DNA of 64,000 nucleotides from Rebecca billardiae RCC1528 (lineage: Eukaryota > Protista > Haptophyta): positions 558,001 to 622,000 of the forward strand of contig OZ251237.1 of the NCBI GenBank assembly GCA_965240325.2. The letters are read 5' to 3'. The position numbers and the translations under genes were made by a program. A model generated the notes under the pieces. That model did not search any database and was not told the origin of the DNA. It saw only the letters and a program-made list of their open reading frames with translations. This document shows, piece after piece, positions 31,742 to 43,952 of the stretch (positions are counted from its first letter, which is position 1; the number at the start of each line of letters is the position of its first letter).

Positions 31742-32633
31742 ATGCCTGCCGGTGAGCCCGCCAGCAACCCTCCCCCGGCGCCCTGGGTGCGCGTGCGTGC
31801 CGACCGCGGCACGGGCCGCCCATCCCTGCCCCCGCCTGCCCGAACCGCAGGGCAACGTCGCGTGTACACGCCGAAGGAGGTGGCCGAACACAACCGCGCG
31901 GATGACTGCTGGGTATCTTTTTTCGGCAAGGTGTACGACCTGACCGGCCTGCTGGCGAAGCACAAGGGCGTGCTCGCGCAGCCGATCATTGACAATGCGG
32001 GGCAGGACATCACGCACTGGTTTGACACCGTCACGAAGGACGTGAAGACGTACGTCGACCCGGCGACGGAGATGCGCGTGCCGTACACGCCGATGGGAAG
32101 ATTCATTCACGTCCCGCCACCCGAGCCGATGGCGGACTGGGTGGTGGACTTTGAGAAGCCGTGGTGGCAGGTGCGGGCGTGCGTGCCTGCGTGCTGCGCC
32201 AGCCTCCCCCCTGTGCACCGCCGCCCGCGCCTCGCCGCTCGCCTGCGCCGATCTCCGCCGCGCGCTTGCGCCCTGTCCCGCGCGCGCGCGCGCACAGGAC
32301 GAATCGTTGATCATCGGCACGCTCACGTCCAAGACGCGCATGCTGCTGGTGAAGAACATGCTCAGCCGGCAGGAGCACGCGCTCGAGGTATGCTCCGAGG
32401 AGACGATGGACGAGATCCTCGACCGGTACCTCGACTTCAACGCGCACGCCGGCAGCTACGTGTGGAAGCGCACAGACTCGACGTCAATCGGGCGCGTGCT
32501 CGACATGACGAAGACACTCGACGAGAACGGCATTCCGGACGAGCGGGGCAAATTCGACTCGCTCAGCGTCGCGGATGACTACTACATCCCGACCGTGCAC
32601 CTGTACTTCTCCGACGACCTCACTGTTGCCTGA
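31742..32633 (+). CDS. CYB5D1: Cytochrome b5 domain-containing protein 1, flagellar (intron 32171-32297)
   Basis: YTPKEVAEHN..DCWVSFFGKVYDLT, AGQDITHWFD, TPMGRFIHVPP, PWW|, LEVCSEET, NAHAGSYVWK and HLYFSDDLTVA. Confidence 0.93.
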
Positions 32634-33203
32634 AGGCCTGACGGCCTACTGCGGCTTCTCGGCCAGAACTCGCACGGCGCCGTGTTGACACCGTTCATTG
32701 CCGATAACTGGCGCAGGTGCCACAGGCGGCTGGCGATAACGTCTGACGAACGCGGACCGAACTGCGCACCAGAGAGTCCGCAGCGCCGACTCAGGCTTCC
32801 GCTGTTACAAACGTTCTCTAGACTCTAGCTAAGCCAGCAGATAACTTCGTAACATCAGCATGGTCATCGATCATCCGATCGATCATAAGACATCCACTAG
32901 TTACTGCATGTTCATACATGGAAAACTCATCAGAAGACAGAATTCAGAACTCACAAAGTAATCAAACATCAGTGCTGGACTCAGGACTGCTGCTTTGTTG
33001 ATGTCCGCGACGACCGTCCCGGACCGCCTTCCAGCACGAAGCGGCGGTCCGGTCGCTCGCGCGGTGGCACGTGCTGATTCAGAATCGGGAATCCCGCGGT
33101 CATCTCATCGGGCCCTTTTTTTCTCGCGGCCGGGCATCCTTTCCGTCATCTCGGCGCGTGCCTCCCCGTCAATCGCATCGTCCTTCGCGCGCGTACCGAG
33201 GCC

Positions 33204-34010
33204 ATGTCTCAGGAGCTGAACGGGCTGGAGAACTTCGCCGTCGGGGCGTCGGCGGGTACGATCGAGGTGACCATCCTGCAGCCCATGCTGTACTGCAAGA
33301 ACGCCACGCAGCAGGGCCTGCCGCTCACACTCAACCCGATGGTCTTGTACCGTGGCCTCACCGTCTCGGTGATCAACATGGCCAGCCTGACGGCGCTGCA
33401 GTTCCCGCTCGCCAGCTTCTCGGCCGGCTTGATCACCGGTGGCGCGCAGCGCAAGCTGAGCTCCGTGGAGGAGACGGCTTCGGGCTTCATGGGTGGTGCG
33501 ATGTCCGGGTTCCTGTGTGCGCCGATGGAGCTCGTGCTCATCCAGCAGCAGCGGTTTGGTGGCAGTGTGCTGGGCACGCCGTTCCGGCTGGTCAGCGAAG
33601 TGGGCGCGCTCTCGCTGTTCCGCGGCCTCATCCCTTCGTGCGGCCGCGAGGGCCTCTTCGCCGCCGGGTACATCGGCCTCGGCCCCGCGTTTGCGGCGTC
33701 GCTCCGTGACAGCGCTAAGATGGACCCAGTGCAGTCCAAGATGCTCGGCGCGATCGGCGCAGGCGTGATCTGCGCCACGCTCTCGCACCCGCTGGACACG
33801 ATGAAGACGTGCATGCAGGGCGACGTCGAGCAGAAGACCTACAAGGGCTTCACGCACACCATGAACGAGCTGATGAAGGAGGGCGGCACCGCGCGCTTCT
33901 TCAGCGGCTGGGCGTGGAGGACCGGGCGCATGATCCTCGCGGTCGGGATCATGTCCGAGTGCAAGGAGCGGCTCGGCCCGCTCTTCTTCCCGAGCAAGTA
34001 CAAGAAGTGA
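33204..34010 (+). CDS. Mitochondrial carrier (SLC25) family protein
   Basis: Three repeats with Px[DE]xx[KR]-like signatures: QPMLYCK, APMELVL and HPLDTMK. Confidence 0.92.
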   Translation: MSQELNGLENFAVGASAGTIEVTILQPMLYCKNATQQGLPLTLNPMVLYRGLTVSVINMASLTALQFPLASFSAGLITGGAQRKLSSVEETASGFMGGAMSGFLCAPMELVLIQQQRFGGSVLGTPFRLVSEVGALSLFRGLIPSCGREGLFAAGYIGLGPAFAASLRDSAKMDPVQSKMLGAIGAGVICATLSHPLDTMKTCMQGDVEQKTYKGFTHTMNELMKEGGTARFFSGWAWRTGRMILAVGIMSECKERLGPLFFPSKYKK

Positions 34011-36613
34011 GCCGAGATCTGACCCGTGCCCGGCGCTGCCGCGCTGGCCCTCTGTCTGCTGCCGGATGATGCCGGCTCGGAGCTTGCGGCCGAGCGGGGG
34101 CTGCGGCTGCTGCGCAGGGCGCGCACCGGCCGCAGTCGCGCCCGGCTAGGCGCTGGCCGCCGTGCACGCACGCTGCGGCGCGCCGCCTTGAATCCTACTG
34201 CTGCGCCGGCTCTCGCTACCTGGCGTCGACCAGGAGCACGCGCTGCTCCTGCAACTCTCATCGAAGCAGCACCTTCTGCGATTTTTGGACGACGATGACT
34301 GCTGCGACAACCTGCGGGGCCGGGCCCGCCCCAACCCCCCGCCGCGGGCGCCGTGCGTGGCTCGGCGGCGGCGCCACGCTGATGATGAATTGATGATCGG
34401 TGAGCCTGCTGACACTCACAGACGTCTCACAGCCTGCGATGCTGATGAGTAGCGGTGATGCGCGACGTAAGTGATCAGCTAATACTGCGACGCGTGACTC
34501 GCCGACGACGCGGAGGCCAGTCGGATCGGTCATCGGACGAGCGCCTTATAGTAGGCGGATCGCCGACTGCGCCGACGGGCCTCACACTCTCACAGATCGA
34601 ATAATAACGCGGATCGCGTCATGACCTGCGGTCCTGGACCGCGCGCATCCGCCCGCCATCACTATATATGGACGACGAGTACTATAAAATATAGCGCGCA
34701 GTCCTAATGTCGGTCGTCCCGCGGACGAGTCGTCGAGTCTTCACACTCTGCTTCTAGTTACAGACTAGTACTTCCAGCTTATGGCGCACGGCCCCCCCGA
34801 AAGGTCTGAGCGTGAGCGAAAGCCGGGGGGGGCGGCGCACGTGCTCCGCAAAATCAAAAAAGAGGACGCGCAGGATTTGGGGGATTTTTGTAGGTGGATT
34901 TAGGTGTGCCAATCTGCATTTGACTCGACGATATCGCTGCTCATGATTGCGTTTGTACTGCTCCTTAATCCTTGGATAGTAAGTAATAGAAGAAATCGGA
35001 AGCAAATAGGACGAAGTCATCTGTTATTGGCTTCTTGGCCCAATGCGGGTGGGATTCGAAATCTTTATCTGCGAGGATTAAGAGCTCTCTGATGAAAGAA
35101 GTGTAGTGAGTGTGTCCTAGACAGCCTGAGCGGAAGGGCAATTATTGCGATTGTCATTCAAGATTCCTCACCCCTTATTGCAAACTGATTCCGAAGCCAA
35201 TGCGGGTGTGATCGAAAATAATTGATTGAACCCCCTTGATAAGACTACCAGCATAAGTCGCGTGACGATTCAGATCGCGAGGCGTCATGTTCCGTCGGTG
35301 CCGCCGTGCGCACGTGCCGCCCCGTGCGCGCGCGCGGCGGCGTGGCGCGCGGCCGAGCGCCGGGGAGCCTGGGCGGCGGCAGGCGCGCGGCGGGGCATGC
35401 GCTGCCCGAGAAGCTAGCGCACTCGCCCAGCGCCGCCGCGCACACCGCCGCCGACCTCGCGCGCACGCCCTCCGTCAACTCCTCGGCGTCCCGTCAGTCA
35501 GCGCAGGGGCGGAGCCGGAGGGCGCTAACTAACCGGTCGGCGCACAGTGCCGCCGTCGCGGCGACGACGGCGACGACGGCGGCGCACGCGGGCGGCAGAC
35601 GCTGTGCGAGCGCGCCACCGCCGACGCCGTCGCGCCGCCGCTGCCCTTGCCGCACCGTGCCGCCGTCGCAGACGGCAGAGGCCGCGCCGCCGTTGGTCAA
35701 CGCGCGCGCACGCGCTGCCACGGCCGCCGCACCGCCGCCGTCGAGATTCAAGATCGGCGCGGGCGTACGCTGCGGCTCGCGCAACGCGCCGCCGCCGCCG
35801 CCGCCGCTCCTCCCGCCCCCGTCCGCCCTCCCGCCCGTCCCGCGCCTCGACGGCGCGCGCCTCCAAAATGTGTGCACCACCGTGCTCCGCGCCCTCGTGG
35901 CAGACGGCGGCGCACGCGGGGCTGCTGCCGTGTGGGCGACGGCGCGCGGCGCGCGACCCGACGTACGCGGCGGCGCTCGGCCGCACGCTCGAGGGGCCGC
36001 TGTGCGCGCTCGCCGCGCCGCCGCTGCCCGCCGCCGCCGCAAGCCGCAAGTCGCTCGCGCGCCGCGGCCGCGGCCGTGAGGCGGGCGGGAGGTGGCGGCT
36101 CGGCGCGCGCTGCGGAGGCGCCGCTGCTGCCGCTGCGCGCGGCGCAGCGGCTTCTCGCGTAGTGGTCGGGCGCGGCGCTGAGTGGCTGCTCTGCGCGCAG
36201 CGCGGCTGCGCACACAACGCGCGTGCGAGCTCGCGTGCACCCCCGGCGCCGCCGCCGGCCGCCCGGCTGTCGGACTCGCCAGTGACTCGGCTGCATTCGG
36301 CGCATGGCACCGTCCGACCGTCCGACCGTGTCGTCACAAGCCGGCTGCTGCTCACATTCACAAGCTGCGCGTGATTCGTGACGAATAAGACAGAACGCGA
36401 CAACTAGCCACTATAGGGCCGCGCGCCGTCAACTTCGTTGTTCACTACCCGAAGATCGGCGTAGCCGATCATATAGCTATAGCAGCATATAGTACATAGC
36501 AGTTGAGCACCGTCAGCGGCGCGCGTATCGTCTGCGACAGGCCGTGCGCGACAACCGCGCTGGCACCACGCGCCCGCCGCGCTCGGCCCGCCGCCACGCG
36601 CGCGGCGCGCTCA

Positions 36614-39600
36614 TCAGCCCGCCGCCGGCTGACCTGAGTGACCGGCATGTGCCAGGCTCGCGGTGGCGCCGTCCGGACGGTCCGCGCCGCCGTGGTGCAG
36701 CGCACTCAGCCCGTGGATGAGGCCATCGAGCTCGGCGCGGAAGCTCGCGATCTCGAGATCCTTCTGACGAAGCGCGTTGGCGCACTCTTGCTTTGTCACA
36801 AACAGCTCGACGTCGGCGGCGTGCCGCACGCGCTCCGCCGTCTGTTGCAGCAGCTCCTCGCGCGCCGCGTGCCTCGCCTCGAGCTCGACGAGCCGCGCGG
36901 AGACATCCTGCATGGACGACGGAAGCTGCCGGCCTGCCGCCAGCGCCTCGCGCTTGGCGAACGCGTCTACGCGCGCGCCGAGCGCGCCCACCTCGTCGCC
37001 GAGCTGCTCCGCCATCCGGCTGAGCGTCGCACAGATCAGCTGTACCGCCTGTGCCGCGCCGCTCTCGCCGACGGTGCGCACGACGGCCATCTCCGCACGG
37101 AGCTCGTCGACCTTGGAGTGGGCGTCGGCGAGCGCGGCGCGCGTCAGCGCGAGCTCCTCCTCTGCCGCGGCAGCGGCCGCGCCGCCGCCGGGCTGCGTGC
37201 GCGTAACAAGGGCGGTGCTGCTGCCGCGCTGCGCGCCGCCTTGCTCCGCCTCGGCCGCCGCAGCCGGGTGCGGCGCGGCGCGGCGCGGGCGGTAGGGGGG
37301 GCCAGGCTCCGGGCCCAGGCCGTCGTCGTGCGCGTGCAAGCCGGGCGCGCCTGACTGCTCACGCGCCGCCGCCGCGCTCCCGCCGCCGCCCTCGCCGCCC
37401 GCCGTCCGAGCCCTGCGCGGCGCCGCGCCGCCGCCGCGCCACGGTGCCTGCTGCCCCTGCTGCCCGGCCGCGCCCGCCGGCACCGGCCGCGTCGCGCTGG
37501 CGAGCGACCCTTCGAGCGCCCGGACCTTCTTCGAGTAGAACGCCCGGACTTCGTCCAGTTGACTCTCGAGCTCGCGCACGCGCGTGCGCCCGCCGCCGCC
37601 CGCCGCCGCGGATCGCTGCTCGAGCTCGGCGATCCGTGCCTCGAACTGGGACTTGGCGCGGTCGTGCTGCTGCCGCAGCGTGCGCAGCCGGCGCTCGTGG
37701 GCGCTCTCAGCCGCGCGGCGCTGCGCTTCGCTCTGCTCCAGCTGCTCCTGCAGCGCGCGCGTCTCCTGCACGTGCGCTGGGCTCGGGCCGGCCGCTCGGA
37801 TCAGGTCCGCGAGCGTCTCGCCGCGCCGCGCGTGCTTCCCGCCGCGCGCGCCCGCGGCGGCGCCACGCCCGGCCGAGCCGGCGCGCGGGGGCTCGCTCTG
37901 CAGCAAGTCTGTCAGCATGGTGACCTGTGCCTCCAAAGCCTTGACCTTGTCCGTGGCGGCCGCGACGGCCGGGCGCGCGCCATCGGCCGGCTCCGAGAGC
38001 TCAGACTCGAGCTCGCGGATGCGCTCGTCCTGCCAGGGCGCGGCCACACGGTCGCGGACGCAGACAGCCGCGGCGGTTGGCGCGCGCGCGAGGAGCGTTC
38101 GCACGCGCGCGCAAGAGGCGCGGAGGGGAGGCAGGCAGTTAGCGAGCGCGCGCGCGCGGCGCGGCGGGACGCCGCCCGCGGCGCGCACACTCGCACACGA
38201 CGCGCACAGGCAAGCCCCATGGCGGCCACATGACGCCGCGGCCGGCATCGCGAGTGGCCCCCGGCGCGATCTCCCCGCAATCTCGCCAGCCCCCTGCGCG
38301 GCCTCCTCGCAATCTCGCCCGCCCCCTGCGCGATCTCCCCGCAATCTCAATAAGCGTGCTACTCACCCGGCGTGCAATCTCGTCTGCCATCTCGTCGAGC
38401 AGCGATTGGTTCTCGAGATACCAAGCGAGTTTTGCCTGGGTGGCCTGCAGCTCGGAGCCGAGCTGGTGCCTCTGGGACGTGACGGCGTCGAGCGCGTGCC
38501 GGAGGTGCGCGCACTCCCCCTGCAGGGCGCCGACGTCCACGCCGCCGAGCTGCGCCTCCAGGGACTGCGGGCGCGCGGCGGCGCGCGGCGCGCGGCGCCG
38601 AGCGGCGACGGCGGCGAGCGGCAGACAGGGCGGCGGGCGGTGGCGGCGGTAGGCGTCGGAGGGGTCGACGCAGGGGGGCGCACGGCACGTGGTGAGCGGG
38701 GGGCGTGTGCACAGCGCCGCCGCACGCCGCGGGCGTGGGCTGGTCGCCACGAGACCCGCCCAACCGCCCCCACGCAAGCTGCCCTCGAGACCACGCGAGC
38801 GGCCCGCCGCGCCGTTTGCACCTGGATGGTGGCGTGCGCACGATCGAGCTCAAGGCGTAGCGAGTTGAGCTCGTGCTCGCGGTCGCCGACGGAGGCGCGC
38901 ACACCCGGCGGCGCGGGCTCCGCCGCCGTGCTCGCCGCCGCCTGCTGCTTGGCGCGCACGGCCTCCGCGGCGAGCGTCTTGTTCTCTCGGAGAAGCTTCT
39001 CATTCTCAGCCTGGTACCCACTTATTAGCCGCTCCTGCGCCTTGATATCGGCGACCAGCTCGGCGAGCTGCGAGGGGCCGAGCTGGAGGTCGGCGGGCGA
39101 GGCGCCGGCGCGGATCTCCGCGCGCCACTCGTCGAGCTCCGCGCGCGCGGCCACCTGTCCCTCCAGCGCCAAGATGCGCTCGCGCAGCTGGCGCTCCGTT
39201 TTTTCATGTTCGCGCGTCGCCGTCTTCAGCCGCCACTCCAGTCCGCGTCGCTCGACGGCGGCCTTATTCGCCTCCGCGCTCGGACGCGTGGCGGCGGAGG
39301 GCGAGGGTGCGGCCGAGGCGCGGGCGGAGGGGCTCGGGCTGAGCGAGGCACGCACGCCCGAGCGCCGCGGCGTGCTCGTGCTCTGCGCGCCGCTGCGCGC
39401 CGCGGCTGACAGCCGACTGCTGAAGCTGCCACCGTCCGCGGCGCCGGGCGGGGCCGGTGTGCCGGGGGCGGAGGTGAAGGGTGGCTCCGCTGCCGGCTCG
39501 GCGGCGCGCACGCCACGCGGCGTGTGCGGGGCCGAGTGGTCCTCGCGGGTCGAGGAGGACGATGCGCCGCCCATCGGGCTGGACGGGGCCGCAGGCGCGC

Positions 39601-40528
39601 CGGCATCGCCCTCGTCGTCTACACCGCCGCCGGCGTGCGCGGCCGCGGGCGGCGCCGCCGCCCAAGGCGCGGCGCGCGGCGGTGAAGCAAGCTTGGCTCC
39701 GGGGGGCTGCGGCGTGGGGCCGAGCCGCGAGCGGGCGCGCGTTGGCGCCGATGAGAGCGCATCCGGGCCGACCGATGGCGTCGCCTCGGCGTGCGCCCCC
39801 GGCCCGGAATCGCATGCGTACCGCCCGGCGCCCGGCGGAGCGGCGCGCTCGCGCGCCGTCGCCGGTTGGATCGGTCGCTGCACGGAGACGGGCGAGGGCG
39901 CGGCGACGTCCTCGTCACTGTCGCCGTCGAGCGCGTTCAGCGTCGCGTAGTCGAGCGGGCCGCCACTGCGCGCCTCGAGCGTGCGGAAGAAGAGCTCCTT
40001 CGCCACGCTCTCGTCGTCGCTTTCGCTCTCAACAATGGCTGCTGTCGACTGCGGGCGGCGCCGGGCCGCGGCGGGCGCTGCGCTCGCGCGCTCGTGCGGA
40101 GGGGTGCGCCCCGGGCCGTCCGGGTCGGCGGATCGATCGGCGCTTGACGGAAGAACCTCGACCCTGTCGCCGTGGAAGCTCGGCGTGTCCACAGCGGCCA
40201 CGCGCCCGCCCACGGCGTGTGCGCGCCCGCCTTGCGTCGATACACTGGCTCCAGCCGAGCTGGCGCGGCCCAGGGCGCGCAGCGAGCCGGGTGTCGCGCC
40301 CGAAGACCACAGCGCCAGGGAGATCTCCTCGCGCGCCGGCTTCACCATCGGCGTGAGCGGCGCGTCCGCGCTCGCCCCCTCGGCCGGTGGCGCCACCGTG
40401 TCTGGGGACGCGTGGAGCGACCCGGTCGACGCGCGGCTTTGCAACTCGGCGAGCGGCGAGCCGCCGGGCGTGCCCACGTACGGGCGCGGGCGCGCGGGAG
40501 AGTTCATGTCCAGGAAGCGCTCCGTCAT
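36614..40528 (-). CDS. CEP162: Centrosomal protein CEP162-like (introns 38030-38366 and 38565-38821)
   Basis: Motifs KELFF..LE.....DYA.LN, IKAQERLISGYQAENEKL, KLAWYLENQSLLD, LRTLRQQH and a C-terminal K..EI..FR.ELD coiled coil. Exons join in frame. Confidence 0.8.
38257..38349. repeat. Intronic 32-bp minisatellite (about 3 copies) with a GCAATCTC core
   Basis: cgcaatctc recurs at 32-bp spacing, separated by gccccctgcgcg spacers. Confidence 0.75.
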
Positions 40529-40756
40529 GCTCTCGGCGCGCCCCACCCCGCCTGCGAGTGCTGCGCGCTGCGGCACGCGCGCCACGCGACGTCAATGTCG
40601 TTGGCCTCCTCGGCCCAGGAGCTCGCACAACGCAGGTGAAGACCGTTTGACCACCTGCGAGTCCGGTCGCCCTGTCTCTCCCCTGGTCCGGCTCGAGCCG
40701 CGAGCGCATCCGGATCCCAGAGTTTCAAACGACGCCGAGAGCGGCTTTGGTCAACG
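40529..40756. promoter_or_regulatory. Putative bidirectional promoter, CEP162 / SPC24
   Basis: Divergent ATGs 228 bp apart. Confidence 0.5.
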
Positions 40757-41436
40757 ATGGCGCACAAGTACGCCGACACGGAGGCGGTGCTCAATGAGGT
40801 GATCCAGCTGTTCACGGGCGATGAAGACCTGCAGATCATCCAGAACATCCGTCAGGTGGAGCGTCAGACCAAGGAGCTCTGCGCGCGCAAGGAGGCCGAG
40901 CTGCAGGGCGTGATCAAAGGTGCGTCGCGGCGTGTGGCGCCGAGGACGGCCCTTTGCTCGCCGTGCGCGCTCAGGCGGGCTCCGCGTCGCGCGCCGCCTT
41001 CCCTGCCGTGCGCGCAGCCCTTGCCGCGCAGAACGATACGCACCGAACAGAGCTCGGCGCGCCCGTGGACACCCCGGAGATCGACCAGCTCAAGGCGGAC
41101 ATTGCGGAAGCGGAGGCGGGCATCAAGCGAATGGAAGCCGAGAACGCCGGCTTGAGCGAGCAGCTCGAGGCGATCAAGGCGGCGAATGCGAAGCTGCTGG
41201 AGTCAAAGGCGAAGCTCGCGGAGATCGAGGCAACAGACGTGCCGCGGCAGAGGCACGCGATCAGCCTGTACGCCAACATCTCGAACATCCGGTGGGACTA
41301 CTCAGACGAGTCCAAGGTGAAGGGCTACATGAGCGGCGCGGGCGGCGCGGGCGGCATCCGCTCGTTCGAGCTGGATCCCGCGACGCAGTCGGAGAACTTC
41401 ATCGTCAACTACCTCTGGGACAAGATGGGGGCTTGA
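40757..41436 (+). CDS. SPC24: Kinetochore NDC80-complex subunit Spc24 (intron 40920-41050)
   Basis: Coiled coil followed by ISLYANISNIRWDY...KGY...FELD...SENFIVNYLWDKM. Confidence 0.85.
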
Positions 41437-41735
41437 CGCGTCGGCCGCCGTGCAGCACTTGGAACGCCCCTGGGATTCACGGACGGACCTGTCCAGCACA
41501 AGGTCGAGTGTCAAGTGCCCACGGCCACGGTCGGGCGGCCGCGTCGGGGCCGTCGGGCCGCGAGCCGGCGCGAGCCTGTGCCCACAACCCACAGTTTTGT
41601 TCCCATTCGATCAGACACAAATCAGCAGTCGTAGTCAGTCTGCTCGCCGGGGCGGCCCCGCGAGTGACAGTAGTAGTATGAGACTCAGCATATCGATACA
41701 TAGAGAGAGACGAGACGGAGGCGGCTGAGAGTCTA

Positions 41736-43686
41736 GGTGGGTCCCTGGCGATTTTCCAGCGGTCTTTTAAACATTTACCGGGTTTTCTGGCCTGATTTCT
41801 TTTCGCGCGGCGCGCGGCTCGGGAAAATCGCCGGGCCGCCGGCCGAGGTCGATCTGAACGCTCCCGACGATGTCGGAGCGCCTCTCCAGCGCGACCGAGC
41901 CGCCGTGTGTCGGGTAGACCACAGCCAACACCTATCGCGCGCTCCAGCGCTTTGCGCGTGCTCACGGATGGGATCCGTGGTCACACATCCCCCGCCTGGC
42001 ACGTGCCCGCATGTTTGACTCTCGCCCGGCTAGACGCGTACAGACAACTTGAATCGATCGGCGGGTGTTCGAGCCGTGCCTTCGAGCAGGGCCACTTTTC
42101 GCTACAGGCGGGTCAGGTGACGGGAGGCATGGGCCACCATCAGGCATGGGCATGCTCTTGACGTCCCCGCCGTCTTGAGCAGCTCTACACACCGTGAAGG
42201 TGACATTTGGGCTGTGCGCAAGCTGCTCGTGAGAACGCACGACAGCCAGCCCCGGGCTCTCGGGGAGCCATGTAAGCGATTGGCGACTTCCGAGAGGGCG
42301 TGTTTGGTGGGGGTTGGTACCAATCATCGACCAGCAGGCCTAGGATGGGTGCACTGAGGACTTGGGATGCTGAGAAGCCGCCGCGATGTGCGGCGAGCAC
42401 GCCGACTTGCCATCCGTGTGCACGATCCAGCGCCAGGAAGATCAGCAGGGCCTTTGACAGCGGCAGCAGGCGCTCAGCGATCCTTCCCTATGCCGAGTGT
42501 GGGCATAGTATGCGGTGCTCGAGGGTGGTCGCAGGATATGGGTCCATTCTTGACAGAACGCGGTCGCGTTGACAGGCGCGGGTGCCACCCCACGCTGTTG
42601 CTCCTGCCATTGGGTGGTCCCACTCGTTCCGCTTGTGGTCTGCGAGGACTCGTACTCAGCAACTCTACGGCTAGGCGTAGTAGACCCCTCAGACGCATGT
42701 CTGATGATTGCCCGGCACGTTCTCGTCGTCACGTTGGGTGTACTTGAGCGAGCGGAAGCCGCAACGTGATGGCTAGGCCAGCAGCTCAACCATCTGACGT
42801 CTCGCCGGCCAACCGTGGCTGAGTGCTCTCAGCCTAGCAGCAGCGTCGGTGAACCTATCGTATTGCTGCCTTGCGAGAAGATGGTAGGAGGCATCGTCGG
42901 CGGCATGGGCTGCAGCTGCGGTAGTCATGGACTGGTGGCGGCCTCACGCGGGTGGGCATACGACGACCGGTGACACGCGGAGTACGAGCACGGAAGCCGC
43001 CGAACGCGGCAAGCTCCGGCGGTGGCGTCGGCTGATAGTCCAGCCTCGACGGCGGAGGGCTCCCGTGTGACGACGCTGGCATGCTCGGTGGCGGGCGATG
43101 GTGTGTGCCTCGGCACGCAGCCCGCCACAAACACTGCCACTCGCAGGCAGTCCGGTTGCAGCCCGGGTTGCCTGTGTCCGCGTCGCTCGGCGCCTATTCG
43201 ATGACCCAACAAACGTACCCACATATCGGAACGAATTTGAATATATAGTGAACCGCATCCACGGTCAATATAAAGTGGGTAACACTCATACTATATACGG
43301 GTAATTGTCTATATATGAAGTGGGTAATATGCTCGATCTTGCTGTACGGTTTGTTGGAGGTATCAGCGCACAGCATAGAGCCCCACTCTTTGCTTCATAA
43401 AATGCTTCGGTCGGGTGTCAACGGTTGTCAATAAGTCATTCCGATCGCATGTCGCCATCTAGCCACCATAACCATGAAGTAACGCTTCGCAAAATCTCTA
43501 TGTGACACTACTGGCGCGGCGCGCGCGCGCTCGCCCGCGCGACGGCACGCGGAGTAGGTTTTGAGGTCGAAACTTTTGCTCCGCCCCGATGGGACGCATT
43601 TATAGCGTCGATTCTGGGTGAGAGACAAAATCTAGGACGTCATTCTGAGTGCGCCAGAATATCGCCCCAGTTGGGAGGGACCCACC
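41736..43686. mobile_element. Non-autonomous TIR DNA transposon (1951 bp) with a TA target-site duplication
   Basis: TA|GGTGGGTCCCT ... AGGGACCCACC|TA. Subterminal ggcgattttc pairs with gaatatcgcc. The interior has no intact ORF. Confidence 0.7.
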
Positions 43687-43952
43687 TACTGAGACCTGAA
43701 CACGGTAGACACTGACAGTCTTAACAGTAGTCACTGAGCTGTCTGAGTCACTCTGTCTCTGAGTCGCGGACCCGGTGACTCGGACTGAGATCACTCGGAC
43801 TCGGAGTCGTCGTGAGATGATTACGGGCATGCATATATATTACATACGGCGTCGGCTGCCGCTGGATCGCTGACGGCGACGCCCCGGACTGCGAGTGCGG
43901 GCACTGATCGGCGACCACAGTGCAGCTGTTCGGACTGTCGGACTCAACGTGT

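Noticed and set aside
34750-35250. AT-richer block with a C7/G7 inverted repeat and a short direct repeat (ccaatgcgggtg)
   Set aside because: Possibly an old element, but I could not define termini or a TSD.
35250-36400. GC-rich coding-like block
   Set aside because: No consistent frame, start or recognisable domain; could be a decayed gene, but I cannot support a call.
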